Assembly (NCBI GenBank): GCA_035221665.1
Contig: CM069140.1
Coordinates: forward strand, 28,024,001 to 28,088,000
DNA from: Okamejei kenojei
Taxonomy: Eukaryota
Length of the DNA stretch: 64,000 nt
Reading direction: 5' to 3'
Shown here piece after piece: positions 1 to 12,080 of this stretch. Position 1 is the first letter of the stretch; every line of letters starts with the position of its first letter. The notes beneath the pieces were generated by a model. It had not been told where the DNA came from. It ran no database searches and worked only from the letters and a program-made list of their open reading frames with translations. The position numbers were made by a program, and so were the translations under genes.

Positions 1-402
1 CCCTTCTGGTCAGGCACCATTATAGAGAAGTGGGTGACTTTATCATGCATCATATTTTGCATATTTGCATTCATATCTGTAATAGTGTCAGATTTTCTCT
101 GAATTTGGTATGCCAAATTCAGAGAAAACATGAAATCTGTATTTATGCAGCAACTTAATACTTCTAAAACACTTCAGGAATATCATGTCAGATCCTTTAC
201 CTTGCTCGTTTTACCAATGTGTGCCATTTCAACCTTGAATATATGTAATTATTAAAGGATTTTTTGTTGTTGAATAGATTAAACTTTCAAATGTTGAGCA
301 CTGTAGGATATAGCTCATATATATGCACATACAAAGTCTTGAATAATATTTTGAATATGAATTTATTAAAATCTGACAATGTGCACTTTAAACACATGTG
401 AT

Positions 403-477
403 CTCCACTTCTTCACAAGACTAAGGGTATTCTGCATGTCTTCACTGAATTACCCTTAGTCTTCTGAAGAAATGGAG
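403..477. repeat. 27-bp inverted repeat (hairpin)
   Basis: ctccacttcttcacaagactaagggta ... tacccttagtcttctgaagaaatggag, 25 of 27 positions paired. Confidence 0.85.
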
Positions 478-919
478 GCGTGATGTGCTTTCCTGGCTGT
501 AGCTTCATGTGGTTGGTCCAGGACAGAGACTTACGGTGACTATAGAACTGCACAAGAACAGGAATGAGTTCAAGGGTTAAGGGCTTCATGCATAAAACTA
601 TACTAACCTAGGAGTGAGGTACAGCTTAGAATCTAGTCGAGGCGTTCGAGTGTTTTGAGATAACAGGGCCAACTGAATCAGGAGCTCAAGGGATTGGTTG
701 ATTATACATCAATTAACACCAAGTCTGAGTGATCCTTACAGAATCGGAGGGGTTAGTTGAGGACTTGCACACGGTATAATAAAGTCAGGTGGGACTGAAA
801 GCTGGTCGAAGTTAGACCCAAACCCTCTTGATCTCTGTGGGCCCTTTCTGGCTGCTTATGAAGATTGATGCCTCTTCTTTTTTCTTTCCTTTAAAGACTG
901 TGGACATTTGAACAGCACC

Positions 920-1703
920 ATGGCACAGACCCTACAGCTGGAGATTGCCAACTTTGGGAACACTTTGCTGGAGTGCCTGAATGAACAACGATTGCAGGGC
1001 CTCTACTGTGACACCTCCATCATAGTGAAGGGGCAGACGTTCAAGGCCCACCGGGCCGTGCTGGCCGCGAACAGCTCCTATTTTCGGGACCTCTTTGCTG
1101 GGACTGCGCGGGCAGCCTTTGAACTACCGGCAGCTGTGCAGCCACAGAGCTTCCAGAACATTCTCAACTTCTGCTACACGGGCCGATTGTGTATGAAGGC
1201 AGGCGAGCAGTTCATGCTGATGTACACGGCGGGATTCCTGCAGATCCAACGTATTGTTGAGAGGGGCACTGAGCTCCTGTCCAAGGTCAGCTCCCCCAGG
1301 TGTGACTCCCAGGGCCTCAGCGCGGAAGAGCCTGGCTGGGAGCCTCAGAGCTCCGCCCCGCCACTCCCCCTGCCCCTTGCTCTGCCTCTCCCGTCCCGTG
1401 TCAAAGTGGAGCAGAGCGACTTGGGCTGTGGCCGGGGCAGGCGGGCCGCCGAGGGTTCCATGGCAAGCAGTGCCAAGTTGGCCCGCCTGGCACACGAAGG
1501 AGGGAATGGGCAAGGCTGCCCTGCCAATGCTCCACGGGACATTGCCAGCCCTGGAGCCAGCAGCCTTCACCCCAGCGACAGCCCCTTCTCCTGTCAGAAC
1601 GAAGAGGAGGAGGAGGGGGATGAGGAGGGGCTGGAGGACATGACGGAAGAGCAGTATGTCCAGATGTGTAGCATGTACAACATCATGAGCGTCCCACATG
1701 GAG
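920..1703 (+). CDS. NACC1-like: NACC-family (BTB/POZ + BEN) transcriptional repressor, coding exon 1: BTB domain and acidic linker
   Basis: Acceptor tttctttcctttaaag ends at 896. ATG at 920 in Kozak context (caccATGg). [31 protein letters not shown]...[10 protein letters not shown] matches the NAC1/NAC2 BTB domain. Donor G|gtaaac at 1704, phase 1. Confidence 0.95.
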
Positions 1704-2214
1704 GTAAACTAACCGGTCAAAGTGACATTAACTAGTCCCGGCCTCATGTTGAAGAATGCTCCTGTCCCTTGTGAAGGGCTGTTGTGGTGGCACTGCACAA
1801 TGTGGAGGATTGATAGAGGAGTGGTATACTGATAGAGCGACGCATCATTCAAAGGGCAGCACTGAGGCAATGCTGCATTATCAGGAGGGCTGATCTTTGG
1901 GAATGCTTCCCGACTGTGCTGTGGGACAGCTGTTGTGTTAGTGGTTATAATAAGTGAGATCTGTACTGACAGAGGAGTCATCTTTTAGATTTGACACAAA
2001 GGGTTAACCGAGGCAGGGTTGCCCCTCTTGGATGTATGGGAAAGATCATGAGTCATTATCTAGAAAAGTATAATGAGTGTGCTCTTAAATGTTTGGTCAA
2101 GATTTGCATGCCTAATAGTACACAATTTGTACCAAGCAGCGTCCCTTATATTTGGCTCTAAATTATAACATTTGATATTGAAGAAAGCTATGTTACAAAG
2201 CAAGGTATGTAAAT

Positions 2215-2740
2215 TATCTGCCCACAGATCTAGAGTGGAAAGTTTTCATCTATGCCTCTTAGAATGTTATGTATTTCTATAATGTTTCCCCTCAGGCCCC
2301 GAAGCTCCAAAGATAACAATCCAAGTTTGACCAACCTCCCCTTTTAGCTGATACTGTGCAGCATTCTGGTAAACCTCTTCTGCATCCTCTCCAATACCTT
2401 CACATCCTTCCTGTAATGGAGCCACCAGAAATGCACACAATACTCCAAATGTGGCCTAACCAAAGTCTTATGGAGCTGCGAACATGACGTTCTGATTCTT
2501 ATACTCGATGTCCTGACTGATGAAGGCAAGCATGCCATATGTTGCCTTTACCACTCCATCTACTTGTGTATTCACCTTCGGGGAGCTATGGACTTGGACC
2601 CCAAGCTCACGGTGAACATCAGTGCTGTTAAGGGTCTTGCCATTAATTATATACTTTCCCTGCGCATTCAACCTCCCAAAGTGCAACAGTTCACACTTTA
2701 TTGGATTAAATTGTCTCTGCCCATTTCTGTAGCTGATCCA
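2215..2740 (-). mobile_element. CR1 LINE ORF2 (RT C-terminal) fragment
   Basis: KTLVRPHLEYCVHFW...DVKVLERMQKRFTRML and RELGVQVHSS motifs, frameshifted. Confidence 0.85.
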
Positions 2741-2929
2741 AACCGTGCTCTAAACCACAGGGGTGGGGTGAATGGATAAGGATGAGTGAACTTGGTGGTA
2801 TGGGATTTTGGAATTGCCATCGTAAGCCATGATGCAAATAGTCAGGATACTTTCCACAGACCATCCGTAGTAGTTTGTTAGATTCATTGATGGCACACCA
2901 AATCTCAAAAAACATAATAGAGGCACTGG

Positions 2930-3250
2930 CATGCCTTTTATGATTACATCTCTATGCTGGCCCACGACAGGTCATCCAAGATGTTCATGCCCATGAATTT
3001 GAAGCTACTAACTCCCTCAACTGCCAACACAAATAAAACCTGGCGCTGACCTCAATACTTCCCTTTTCTGAAGTCAACAATTAATTCTTTGGTCTTGTTG
3101 ATGTTGAGCAAGAAGTTGTTGTTGTGGCAATCCCCGGGTGATTTATCTCTCTCCCTGACTCTGGCTCATCACCGCATTGATTAGGCCAACGACAGTAGAG
3201 TCCACAACACATGTATAGATGGCAGTAGACCTGTGCTCACACTTGAGAGA
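2930..3250 (-). mobile_element. Rex/Babar- or L2-type LINE RT fragment
   Basis: Minus strand encodes the LNINKTKELIVDFRK-type motif; similar to 58080-58270 on +. Confidence 0.7.
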
Positions 3251-3480
3251 CAGGGTGATAGTGCTGATCTGTGATTACTTAATTAGCCTTCAAAAAGCAA
3301 ATACATTTGCAAGTTGCTCAGGAAAGGGAGTTCACAGACAATATTCTTATGGGGAATGGTGCATCTTCAGCTGTTTTTTAGTGAGATGACTTGAGATTTT
3401 GGATGCGTTATGTGTTTCCCAGGTAGAAAGTTTGTGAACTGTGTTATGTCATTGTTGACATTGTTGTTTCTCCACTCCAG

Positions 3481-3654
3481 CCACCCCGGAGCGGGTGGAA
3501 GCCCTGCCTGATCACATCGATGGGCGCTCCAGGATGCGGATCCGGCATGACCTGGCAGTGCTGCCAGCTGACCTCATCAATCAGATTGGGCATCGCTGCC
3601 ATCCAAAGTTGTACGTGGAGGGAGACCCTTCAGAGAAACTGGAGGTGGTGACAG
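3481..3654 (+). CDS. NACC1-like: NACC-family gene, coding exon 2
   Basis: Acceptor tttctccactccag, donor G|gtgagc, 174 nt, phase 1-1. Encodes VEALPDH...[39 protein letters not shown], matching the NAC1 segment before the BEN domain. Confidence 0.95.
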
Positions 3655-3957
3655 GTGAGCGGAGCACCTCAAGGCCATAGTGTATCACTCCAACACCTCA
3701 AACCAAGAGGAGTAGACTGCACCCGTGCAGAGTGATCTCAATCAGGCCATGCCTGCAGAGAGTGACTGCAGACAGATTGTGCCTCCGGGCATCCACCTGA
3801 CCATGCCTTGTATTTCCTTCTTGCAGTTGAAATGTTGAGCACTCTCTAACTTAAGGTTACTTCCCTTTAGTTGTACCATTCTTCAAGGCGATAAACCCAT
3901 CAAGCTTGCTGTTAATGCACTGTGTGACTCTTCTTGTTGCTTTCATTGAATCTGCAG

Positions 3958-4063
3958 GTACAAGTGTGTACATCACACGGGCTCAGTTAATGAACTGCCA
4001 CATCTGTGCAGGAACAAGGCACAAAGTGTTGCTTCGGAGGCTGCTGGCTGCCTTTTTTGACCG
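3958..4063 (+). CDS. NACC1-like: NACC-family gene, coding exon 3: start of BEN domain
   Basis: Acceptor tctgcag, donor CG|gtaagt, 106 nt. Encodes [36 protein letters not shown]. Not in the ORF track; translated by hand. Confidence 0.95.
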
Positions 4064-4364
4064 GTAAGTTGTCTTCTGAAGTTGTTTCCTGCTCTGTGGC
4101 GATTTGGGTGGCCATGGAACCAGTCAGTGACCATAACAGTTCAGCACCTGCTTTTAACTTTTGTGAGATGTTTGCCAACTTGCTAGCAGCCACCTGGGTC
4201 TGTGAGTGGCTGCTGATTCCCAAGCTCACACTATATGTGCATTGCCTGCCTACCTTTAGATAATTGAAAATCAATTTAATTTTTTGTTGTATCAGATAAT
4301 TCTTGACAGCCATTGTAACGCTTCTAAATGCATCCAACATTTTTGTTTTGGTATAGTTTTAAAA

Positions 4365-4950
4365 TCTATACATAACTAAAACTCTGATCTTATCTTCCGG
4401 TTTGCGGGGTCTTTCTATTTGCGCAAAAACAGTATGCGATTGCGCTACGATTTTTCGCCAGCTCACTCACCGTTCTCCTGTGCTGCAACTGCACCAAGCT
4501 TCGTTCTGATCGGTGGTCTGTTGTAAAAGTTAGCGAGGTTTAAAAATCTTAAAAACCGCATGTGCGCAGATCGATCTCCTCTCCTGCCAGTCAGCGCCGC
4601 GAGGATTGGTATTTTCTCCCGCCCCTTCCTGCGCCATTGCGTCTTTACTGGAGCTGTAGGTGGCCGGCGGAGATCTCCAACCTGACACAATTTTCGGAGG
4701 GACCGGAAGCGGCCTGGCCGATGTCGCCAAACGGAAAGCAGAGAATCTGATCCCGGCGGAGGAGAACGTCCAGCGACCGGCGCCTGCTGTTAGTCCCCAT
4801 CGCACTGCCAACTCCAGCCCCTTCCCCTCTGATCCCCCTCGCTGCCTCCTGCCCCCTCCCCCGTGATCCCCCGTGATACCCCCCTCTTTCCCACAACCCC
4901 CGTCTTTTCTCCAATCTCTCTCCCCACATCGTCCCCCCCCCTCGACCCCA
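4365..4950 (+). mobile_element. CpG-rich non-autonomous element with a Helitron-like 5' end
   Basis: Begins A|TCTATACATAACTAAAA, with an abrupt switch to CpG-rich sequence. No 3' CTAG hairpin found. Confidence 0.45.
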
Positions 4951-5291
4951 AAGAGTATTTACAATGTGACTTGCGCCTGGATGGTGTAGAAACAATTCAA
5001 TAAGGGATTTAAGAAGAATATTGGATTGTCTATCCAATATTCTTCTTAAATTCCTTGAGAGAAAATAACTTGCAGGGTCATATGGAAAGATCAGGGGAAT
5101 GGAACTGACTGGATTGCTTGCAGGACCAACCAGCATCCTGTGGTGCGCAATGATTATAATAAGACTGTTGATTGCTGCTGGAGGAACTCACTCTCAGGTG
5201 AAATCAGAAACACAAACCATCAGGCATAATGATATACAAGTTTGCAGTTTCCATCACTCAGTTTGATTGTTTATTAATCTGGCCCTAATAG

Positions 5292-5389
5292 AAACACTCT
5301 GGCTAACAGCTGTGGTACTGGAATCCGTTCTTCCCTCTGCGACCCTAGTCGGAAGCCGCTTGATAGCCGGATTCTCAATGCCATCAAAG
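5292..5389 (+). CDS. NACC1-like: NACC-family gene, coding exon 4: BEN domain
   Basis: Acceptor ccctaatag, donor G|gtaagg, 98 nt. Encodes [32 protein letters not shown]. Confidence 0.95.
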
Positions 5390-5954
5390 GTAAGGCTGCA
5401 TGTGGGGAGTGATGGAGTATTAGCAAGCAGGGCAAAGGCCTTTTTTTAACTTCAGGAGACAAAGCAAAAGATGAATAGGCACATACCTTCGGCAGTGTGA
5501 GCGATTTAGAGGTTTGTTGGAAGGCTGAGACAGCCATTGGTCATCCAAACAGGAATCTGGCTTTAGAAGGTGGAGGATGTGAGGAGATGGGAGAGGCTAG
5601 ACTGTGGATGCGAGGATGAGGGTGCTGTGTACATCAGGTGAGATGGAGTTTGTGACATCCAAATGGGCATCCCTACTATTACAACCCCATTAGTCTTGCA
5701 GCTGTCTGCAGCTCCCGGCATATTTGTTCATCTTATTCCCATTGAATATTTTAGGGGGGGGGGGCTATAGGTACAATCCCAACAAGGTGATCATCCCCTT
5801 TAATTTCTCAGCTCCACCTATATAGCCTCGCTGGACAATCTACAGTCTACAGTACAGCCTACAGTACCTGTATCCTAGAACAATAAGTTGCTAGTCCTGT
5901 GCACCCCTAGCTAGGTTTCTGTAATAGTTATAACATTTCAGTTGCACAAACCTA

Positions 5955-7100
5955 TCAAAGGTAGGAGTTTCTCTACTAACATAGGCAACTCTTTCTCCTC
6001 CCCAGCTAGCCTCTGCTGCGGGGTTCCACAAGGTTCCATCCTTGGCCCCATTCTCTTCTCCCTGTATATGCTCCCCTTAGGCCAAGTAATTCAAAGGCAT
6101 GCCATTTCCTTCTATTGCTATGCAAACGATACACAACTCTATCTCCCCCTGAAGCCCAAAAACCGATCAAATCTACTTCACCTTATCCACTGCCTCGAGG
6201 ATATAAAGTGTTGGATGTCCCAGAACTTCTTCCAACTAAATGAGAGTAAGTCTGAGGTCATCCTTCTCGGTTCCTCGGACTCAATCAAAATGATAGCAGG
6301 CAGCCTTGGAAGCCTTGCCCCACTACTCAAACCTCGTGTCAAAATATCTTGGTGTGATATTTGACTCAGCATTGAAATTTGACAAACAAGTCAATGCCGT
6401 GGTAAACGCTAGCTTCTTTCAGCTTCGGAGAATAGCTAAAATAAAACAATTCCTCCAGTTTGATTACCTCGAAAAGATCATTCACACATTTATCTCCTCC
6501 CACCTCGAATACTGCAACTCCCTTTACACTGGCATCAGCTAATCTTCCCTGTCCCGCCTGCAACTGGTCCAAACCGCCGCAGCGAGACTCCTGACGGGCA
6601 CCCGAAAAAGGGAGCACATCACCCCGATTCTGACCTCTCTCCACAGCCTCCCTGTGCGGTTCCGAATAAATGTCAAGATCCTTCTTTTTGTTTACAAAGC
6701 CCTTAACGGGCTTGCCCCCACCTACATCAAAAGTCTGCTTACCCACCACACCACCTCCAGGTCCCTCAGATCGGCCGACTTGGGGTTACTGAACATCCCG
6801 CGGTCTAGGCACAAGCTCAGGGGCGACCGCGCCTTTGTGGTTGCAGCTCCTAGACTGTGGAACAGCATCCTTCTTCCCCTCAGAACTGCCCCCTCCATCG
6901 ACTCCTTTAAGTCGAGACAACTCATCTTTACTCTCAAGCCTTTCTTGACGTCCTCTGAGGGAGGTCTATATGTATGTATTTATGTATGTACTTAATCTAT
7001 GAACCAATGTTGTATAACGTTAGTACCTCCACCAAAATAAAGCACTTTGGCCAACGAGAGTTGTTTTTTAAATGTGCTATAGAAATAAAAGTGACTTGAC
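5955..7100 (+). mobile_element. L2-clade LINE, 5'-truncated (RT plus 3' tail)
   Basis: GVPQGSILGPILFSLYMLPLG...YANDTQLY, GDRAFVVAAPRLWNS; ends aataaaagtgacttgact. Confidence 0.9.
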
Positions 7101-8330
7101 TATCCTTGCCCTGAGTTCATCAGCCTTGTCCATCAGGCCTTTAGTCTTGAAATAAATTCATTTTAATCCAACCATCTTTCCTATGACATGCTCCTGTCTA
7201 TCATGTCTACTTAACTAGCTGTATTTGCCTTTGTACTGCCTTCTACCTGCCTCACCACTGCTTTGGATCTGGTCCCCCTGCCAATCTAGTTTAACCCACC
7301 TCACTAGCATTAGCAAACACCCTCTAGTTCAGTATAGTCTGTCCCTCTTGTACAGGTCACCTCTACCCCAGAAGAGATCCCAGTGGTCCAAAAATCTGAA
7401 TCCCTGCCACCTGCACCAAATACTCATCATCTTCCAATTCCTATCTTCAAGCATGTGGCACCGCATGTAATCAGGAGATTTCTCTCCTTGAAGTTTAGAT
7501 TTTTAATCTTTTGCCAAATTCCTTATATTCACCATGCAGGACCTCATCTATTTATCCTACCTATGCCATTTGTGCCAATGTGCGCAATGACATTTGCTTT
7601 CTCACCCTCTACCTTGATACCCTTGAATCTCCTCTCTCATTGAGAATGCGTTAATGGTGTGATTGAAAATGTTCTGCAGCTACTCTGAGACATCCTGGAC
7701 TCTTGCACGAGGGAGGCAATATACCATCCTGGAGTACTGTTTCCTGCCAGAGAATCTCCTGTCTTTCCTGTAACTAATGAGTCTCCTATCTCTTTTGCCC
7801 TATCAGACTTACCCATACCTGTTGTGCCTCAGTGCCACAGCCGTGACTGCTGATGCGGTTGCTCTCCTCTCCAAATAGTATCCAGAAGGGTAATCTTGTT
7901 CCAAGGATAATGGTCACAGTGCACTCTCCGCCTACTTCCTTTCCTGGTGCTCACCCATCTACTCTCTGCCAGTTGCTTAGCTGTGACCACCTCACTATAA
8001 CTCCTATTTATGAAGCCTTCAGTCTCCCAGACAATCCTGAGGTCGTCCAATTTGTTACACTTCCCACAGGTGTAGACCTCAAGGGCCCTGACTTCCCACC
8101 TCCAGCAAGAGGAACCTACCAGTGCCCTAACTACCATTCTGACTGCACTCAGACCAAAGAAGAGTTACAAAAAAAGGCCTTGCCTTAACTTGCCATCACT
8201 TTCCACTCAGTCATCTCACCTCAACAATTACACAGTACTTAGCCTCAGAGCACAGCTTCCTTATAAACAATCTCTCCCTAAATGGCTGTTCCCAATTGGC
8301 CGCTCTGCGTATCCAAACTCTCTGCACAAC
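7100..8330 (-). mobile_element. Degenerate CR1 5' region (ORF1-like)
   Basis: YTCGKC motif; similar to other decayed CR1 ORF1 copies at 17540-18000 and 61300-61700. Confidence 0.6.
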
Positions 8331-8765
8331 TGAAATTCTCCTGAAAAATCTCCTTTGCACCATCTCTAGTGCATTGACTTCTTAGTGTGTGGTGACCAGA
8401 GCTGCAGAGGGTATTCCAGTTGTGGCTAATCCAGTGCTTTACAAAGTGTTCCATGCAAAAGTGTCACAGAGTAATACAGCACAGAATGAAAGATAAAGAG
8501 CAATCATCATTTATGGTCTCCTAAATGATTGTTTCACTGGAGGCTTGCCATGCTGCCAAAGTGCTTCAAACTGGGCTCAATTTATCCCTTAACTGAATCC
8601 TAAACCAATTTAGTCTTTGGTCAGCATTGTGAAAAATGGACCGTCTAGTCATTATAACATTGCTGCCTGTGAGTTCTTGCATTAGAGCATCCATCACCTT
8701 CAAAACACATTTCACTGTTTGTTGGTTATGAAAGAGACAAATGTTTCTTCATCCTTCTCTTGCAG

Positions 8766-9061
8766 TTTACTGTCAGAATTTTGCTCCGAACTTCAAGGAG
8801 AGTGAGATGAATGCCATCGCTGCAGACATGTGCACCAATGCTCGAAGGGTGGTCCGCAAGCACTGGATCCCCAAGCTCAAGCTGATGCTGGCTGATGGAG
8901 ATGGCGTCTATCGCTCGGTCATCACTGACGTGGCCGGTGGGGGCCTGCCAGATGGAGCTTCTGGGAACCAGGACATGGAGCTGGCAGGCACTGGCCACAG
9001 GCATGAAGCCAGTGGGATGCGGGGCACTGGCACTCATAGATACGAGACGGGTTTCCCCTGA
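8766..9061 (+). CDS. NACC1-like: NACC-family gene, last coding exon: end of BEN domain and C-tail
   Basis: Acceptor ccttctcttgcag. Encodes [38 protein letters not shown]; TGA at 9059-9061. Spliced CDS is 784+174+106+98+296 = 1458 nt (485 aa) with the frame intact. Confidence 0.95.
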
Positions 9062-11419
9062 AGGTTTAGATGACTCCGGGAGTGGGATTGTGGAGGCTCC
9101 AAACTAAGAGATCCAAATTGTCACCCACCCCTTCCCCCTTGAGAAACCCATGACGTAGGGAATCTGTCATGTTGTAGGGTTCTGTGTTTGGCCACTTTAT
9201 TTGATCGGTGTTAGTGATAAAGGACTGAGAACTGGAGATTCAGTCTGTGCAGTGTCAGTGAAGGAGACACTCACACAATTATCCCATGCATTCTAGGCAC
9301 TTATTATTTTGGATATAATTGCCTAGTGATTGGGTATTACCTTTTTTTGGTGTGGTAAACCAGCGTTGCGTTTCCCCACAAAGCACCATGAAATTATCTA
9401 AGTCGTTTGAAATACACTGAGGGTGGTTTTCCCCCACAGACGGGGCTAGAACAGGACCCGTGTGGTTTCCGACGGCACCTGGCTCTCGGTTGACCACTGC
9501 TTCTGACAGTCCACGCCGGGCAGTGGGTTTTAAAGGCACGGTCCCCATGGGAGGTAGACACCAGCAGCTTACGGTGGCTGCCATGGACACAGAGGCTGCA
9601 GGGGAGAGAGGGAATGCCCCTACAGTTAGTGGAAGAGAGCTGGACATGGCCATCAGTGGTGGGAAAGAAGCCCTGTGTGCCATGGTCCAGGAAATGCCCC
9701 ACTCCGAGACCACAGCCTGGCACAAGGTGGCTCCAGTCATCTCCAGCTGTGAGAACTCCCAACACAAACAAGTTTCACGCCCTCACAAGAATCATCTGGG
9801 TGAGCTGCCCACTGGCCAGGAATTTGGTGGCCTGGGATTCATTCATTGTTCAGACATCAAAGTAGGTGGGGCTGGAGAGGGGAAACGCAATGGCTTACTG
9901 TGTCACCTGGGCTGCCCTGGCGGGTGACTGGAATATGGCGTTAATCTTTAGGATTGGACTGCGGGCATGTTGGATCAGGAACTGATCCTGCAGACTCATC
10001 TTGTGAAGCATCCCTCTCCCTGAGGTGGTCCATATTGTCCAATCAGTTGATGCCTCGGTATTGTGAGTGAGTGTGTTCCCGCGGGACTTGCCCTCCTAGC
10101 CTTCCTCATCCATGTGATTCTGCTGCTGAGCATCATAGCCCTCAAGCTTTGGGCTTCATGCTGCTCTTCCTCCACTCCAATGCTGCCTTCAGACTACTAG
10201 ATTTGGCAGTGTGCAGCAAACAGCATGGAGGTTATCCTGGGCATGAACTGCAGGGTGTCCCTACAAACATGGACATTGGAATCTGATTCCCAGAGACCTG
10301 GTTATTTTCCACAGTGCTTCTGGTATTTGTAGCAGCCCTGGGTGGTGGGACTGTGAATTGGTGCAATGAGAGAGGAGATTCAATGGTATTTGAATGACCT
10401 TCTGTGAACTTAACTTCCAGTTAGAGAGCAGCCTAGGCAGATTGAGTGGCAAAACCCACCCCACAGAGCTTGGCATGTCCCAGTGACAATCCTTGGCAAA
10501 CCTGAGCTTGTGAATGTACCATCAATGAGAGAGCTCCAGACAGCAGTGGGAGGCTGTTTTGCTGACGGGCATGCCTCTGCTTCCTGCCCTGGAGACCCTG
10601 ACCCACCCCAGCACGACAGTCACTGATGCAAGTCCAGCTCCAATGAAGGTGCACTGACACTAGTGTCACCACCGAGACCCCACTGGGTGAGAGCCTGAGC
10701 AGCTCAGTGCTGGAAAAAGCACTCGCTGTTGATTACAACACATGCTGAGGACTTTGGCTGGTGTTAGCGCAGCCTGCAGCACTCAGAAGCTTCCAGTCAG
10801 GGTTCCTGATGCCAGTGGAGTGACCCTTTTAAATATCAGCAGACTAGTGCTGTGTGCTTGTAATTGTACTAAAACACTAATGAGCACATTTTAAAAGCCA
10901 AAACTTGCACTGCACAGGTCCAAATATTCAGGTGGGGTGAAAATGGGTTTGCTTGATTCAATTTAAAATGACCCAATCTTATCTGCACACAAAAAATGGT
11001 GCTATTTGACCAATTTCTAGGCATATGTGTTTGGGGAGACTGCCCCAAATGGAGATACAGAAAAAGAATGACGTACATTTTTTATCGGCCTCTCATTTCC
11101 TTCAGATCTCTCAAAGCAATGTTATAGAAATGTGGTCACTGTGATATGGAAAAGGTCAACAGTGCACATCAATAAGTCTCCATAAACAGCAATATGATAA
11201 TGTCCAGATAATGTGAGTGATAAATATTGGTTGGAAAACTGTAAAGAACTTCCCTTATCTTCTTTAAAAAAGTGTCATGGGGTCATTTAGAACCATTTGA
11301 GATGACAGATGGGGTCTGATCTGTGATGGTGCAGCAATTCTTCACCAAGTTACATGCGATTGTTATCGAGATACAAATTGGTCCATCACTGAGGTGTTCT
11401 CAAGACAAAGCACATACTG

Positions 11420-12080
11420 TATGGTTGAATTCTAGATAATTGCTCTCAGCCCAACCCACCTGTGCCAACCATCCAGTACGCATTTATGCCACGTCTACAC
11501 CCATCTACCCATCTGGGGTAATTTACAGGAGTCAATTAACCTAATACCAGCACATCTTTGGAATGAGGGATGAGACTAGAGCAACCTGGGGTAATTCACA
11601 TAGAAATTGGATAGGTTGGGCTTGTTTTCTCTGGATCAAAGGATGCTGCGGAGAAACCTGATAGAAGTATATCAAATTATGAGAGGCATAGGTAGGATAG
11701 ATAGTTAGAATCATTTTATTCCCATGACGACCATCAAAAATAAGGGGCCACAGGCTTATGGTGGATGAAGGATTTTGAAGAGGATCTGGGGAAAGTTATT
11801 TTTACACCGAGTGATTGATGTCTGGAACATGCTGCAAATGGAGGTGGTAGAAGTATATACAATTACTAAGAGTAATTTAGACATTTAAATAGGCAAGGCA
11901 TAGAATGCTAAGGACATACTGCAGACAAATGAGATTTGTGTAGGTGGACGAAAAGGTTGACGTGGTGGGCCGCAATGCGAAGCATCATTTCTGTGCTATA
12001 CGACTGTGACATTATAACACAGGAAGTTGGGATTGAACCTGGGCCACTGGAGCTGTGAACAAGTAGTACAACCCGCTTTT
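11420..12080. mobile_element. Old SINE (-) interrupted by a CR1 3' end (+, ~11600-12000)
   Basis: SINE-like ttaacctaataccagcacatctttgg and ggattgaacctggg flank CR1 tail sequence (ttgggcttgttttctctgg...atagaagtatatcaaattatgagagg). Confidence 0.65.

Noticed and set aside
1124-1699. 191-aa antisense ORF
   Set aside because: Shadow of the GC-rich NACC exon with no recognisable motif.
908-1735. 275-aa ORF as a single-exon gene
   Set aside because: It starts at TTG and runs through the donor at 1704. The real start is ATG 920 and the gene is spliced.
9279-9927. 155/162-aa ORFs after the NACC stop
   Set aside because: No recognisable homology and no clear splice linkage; consistent with GC-rich 3'UTR.
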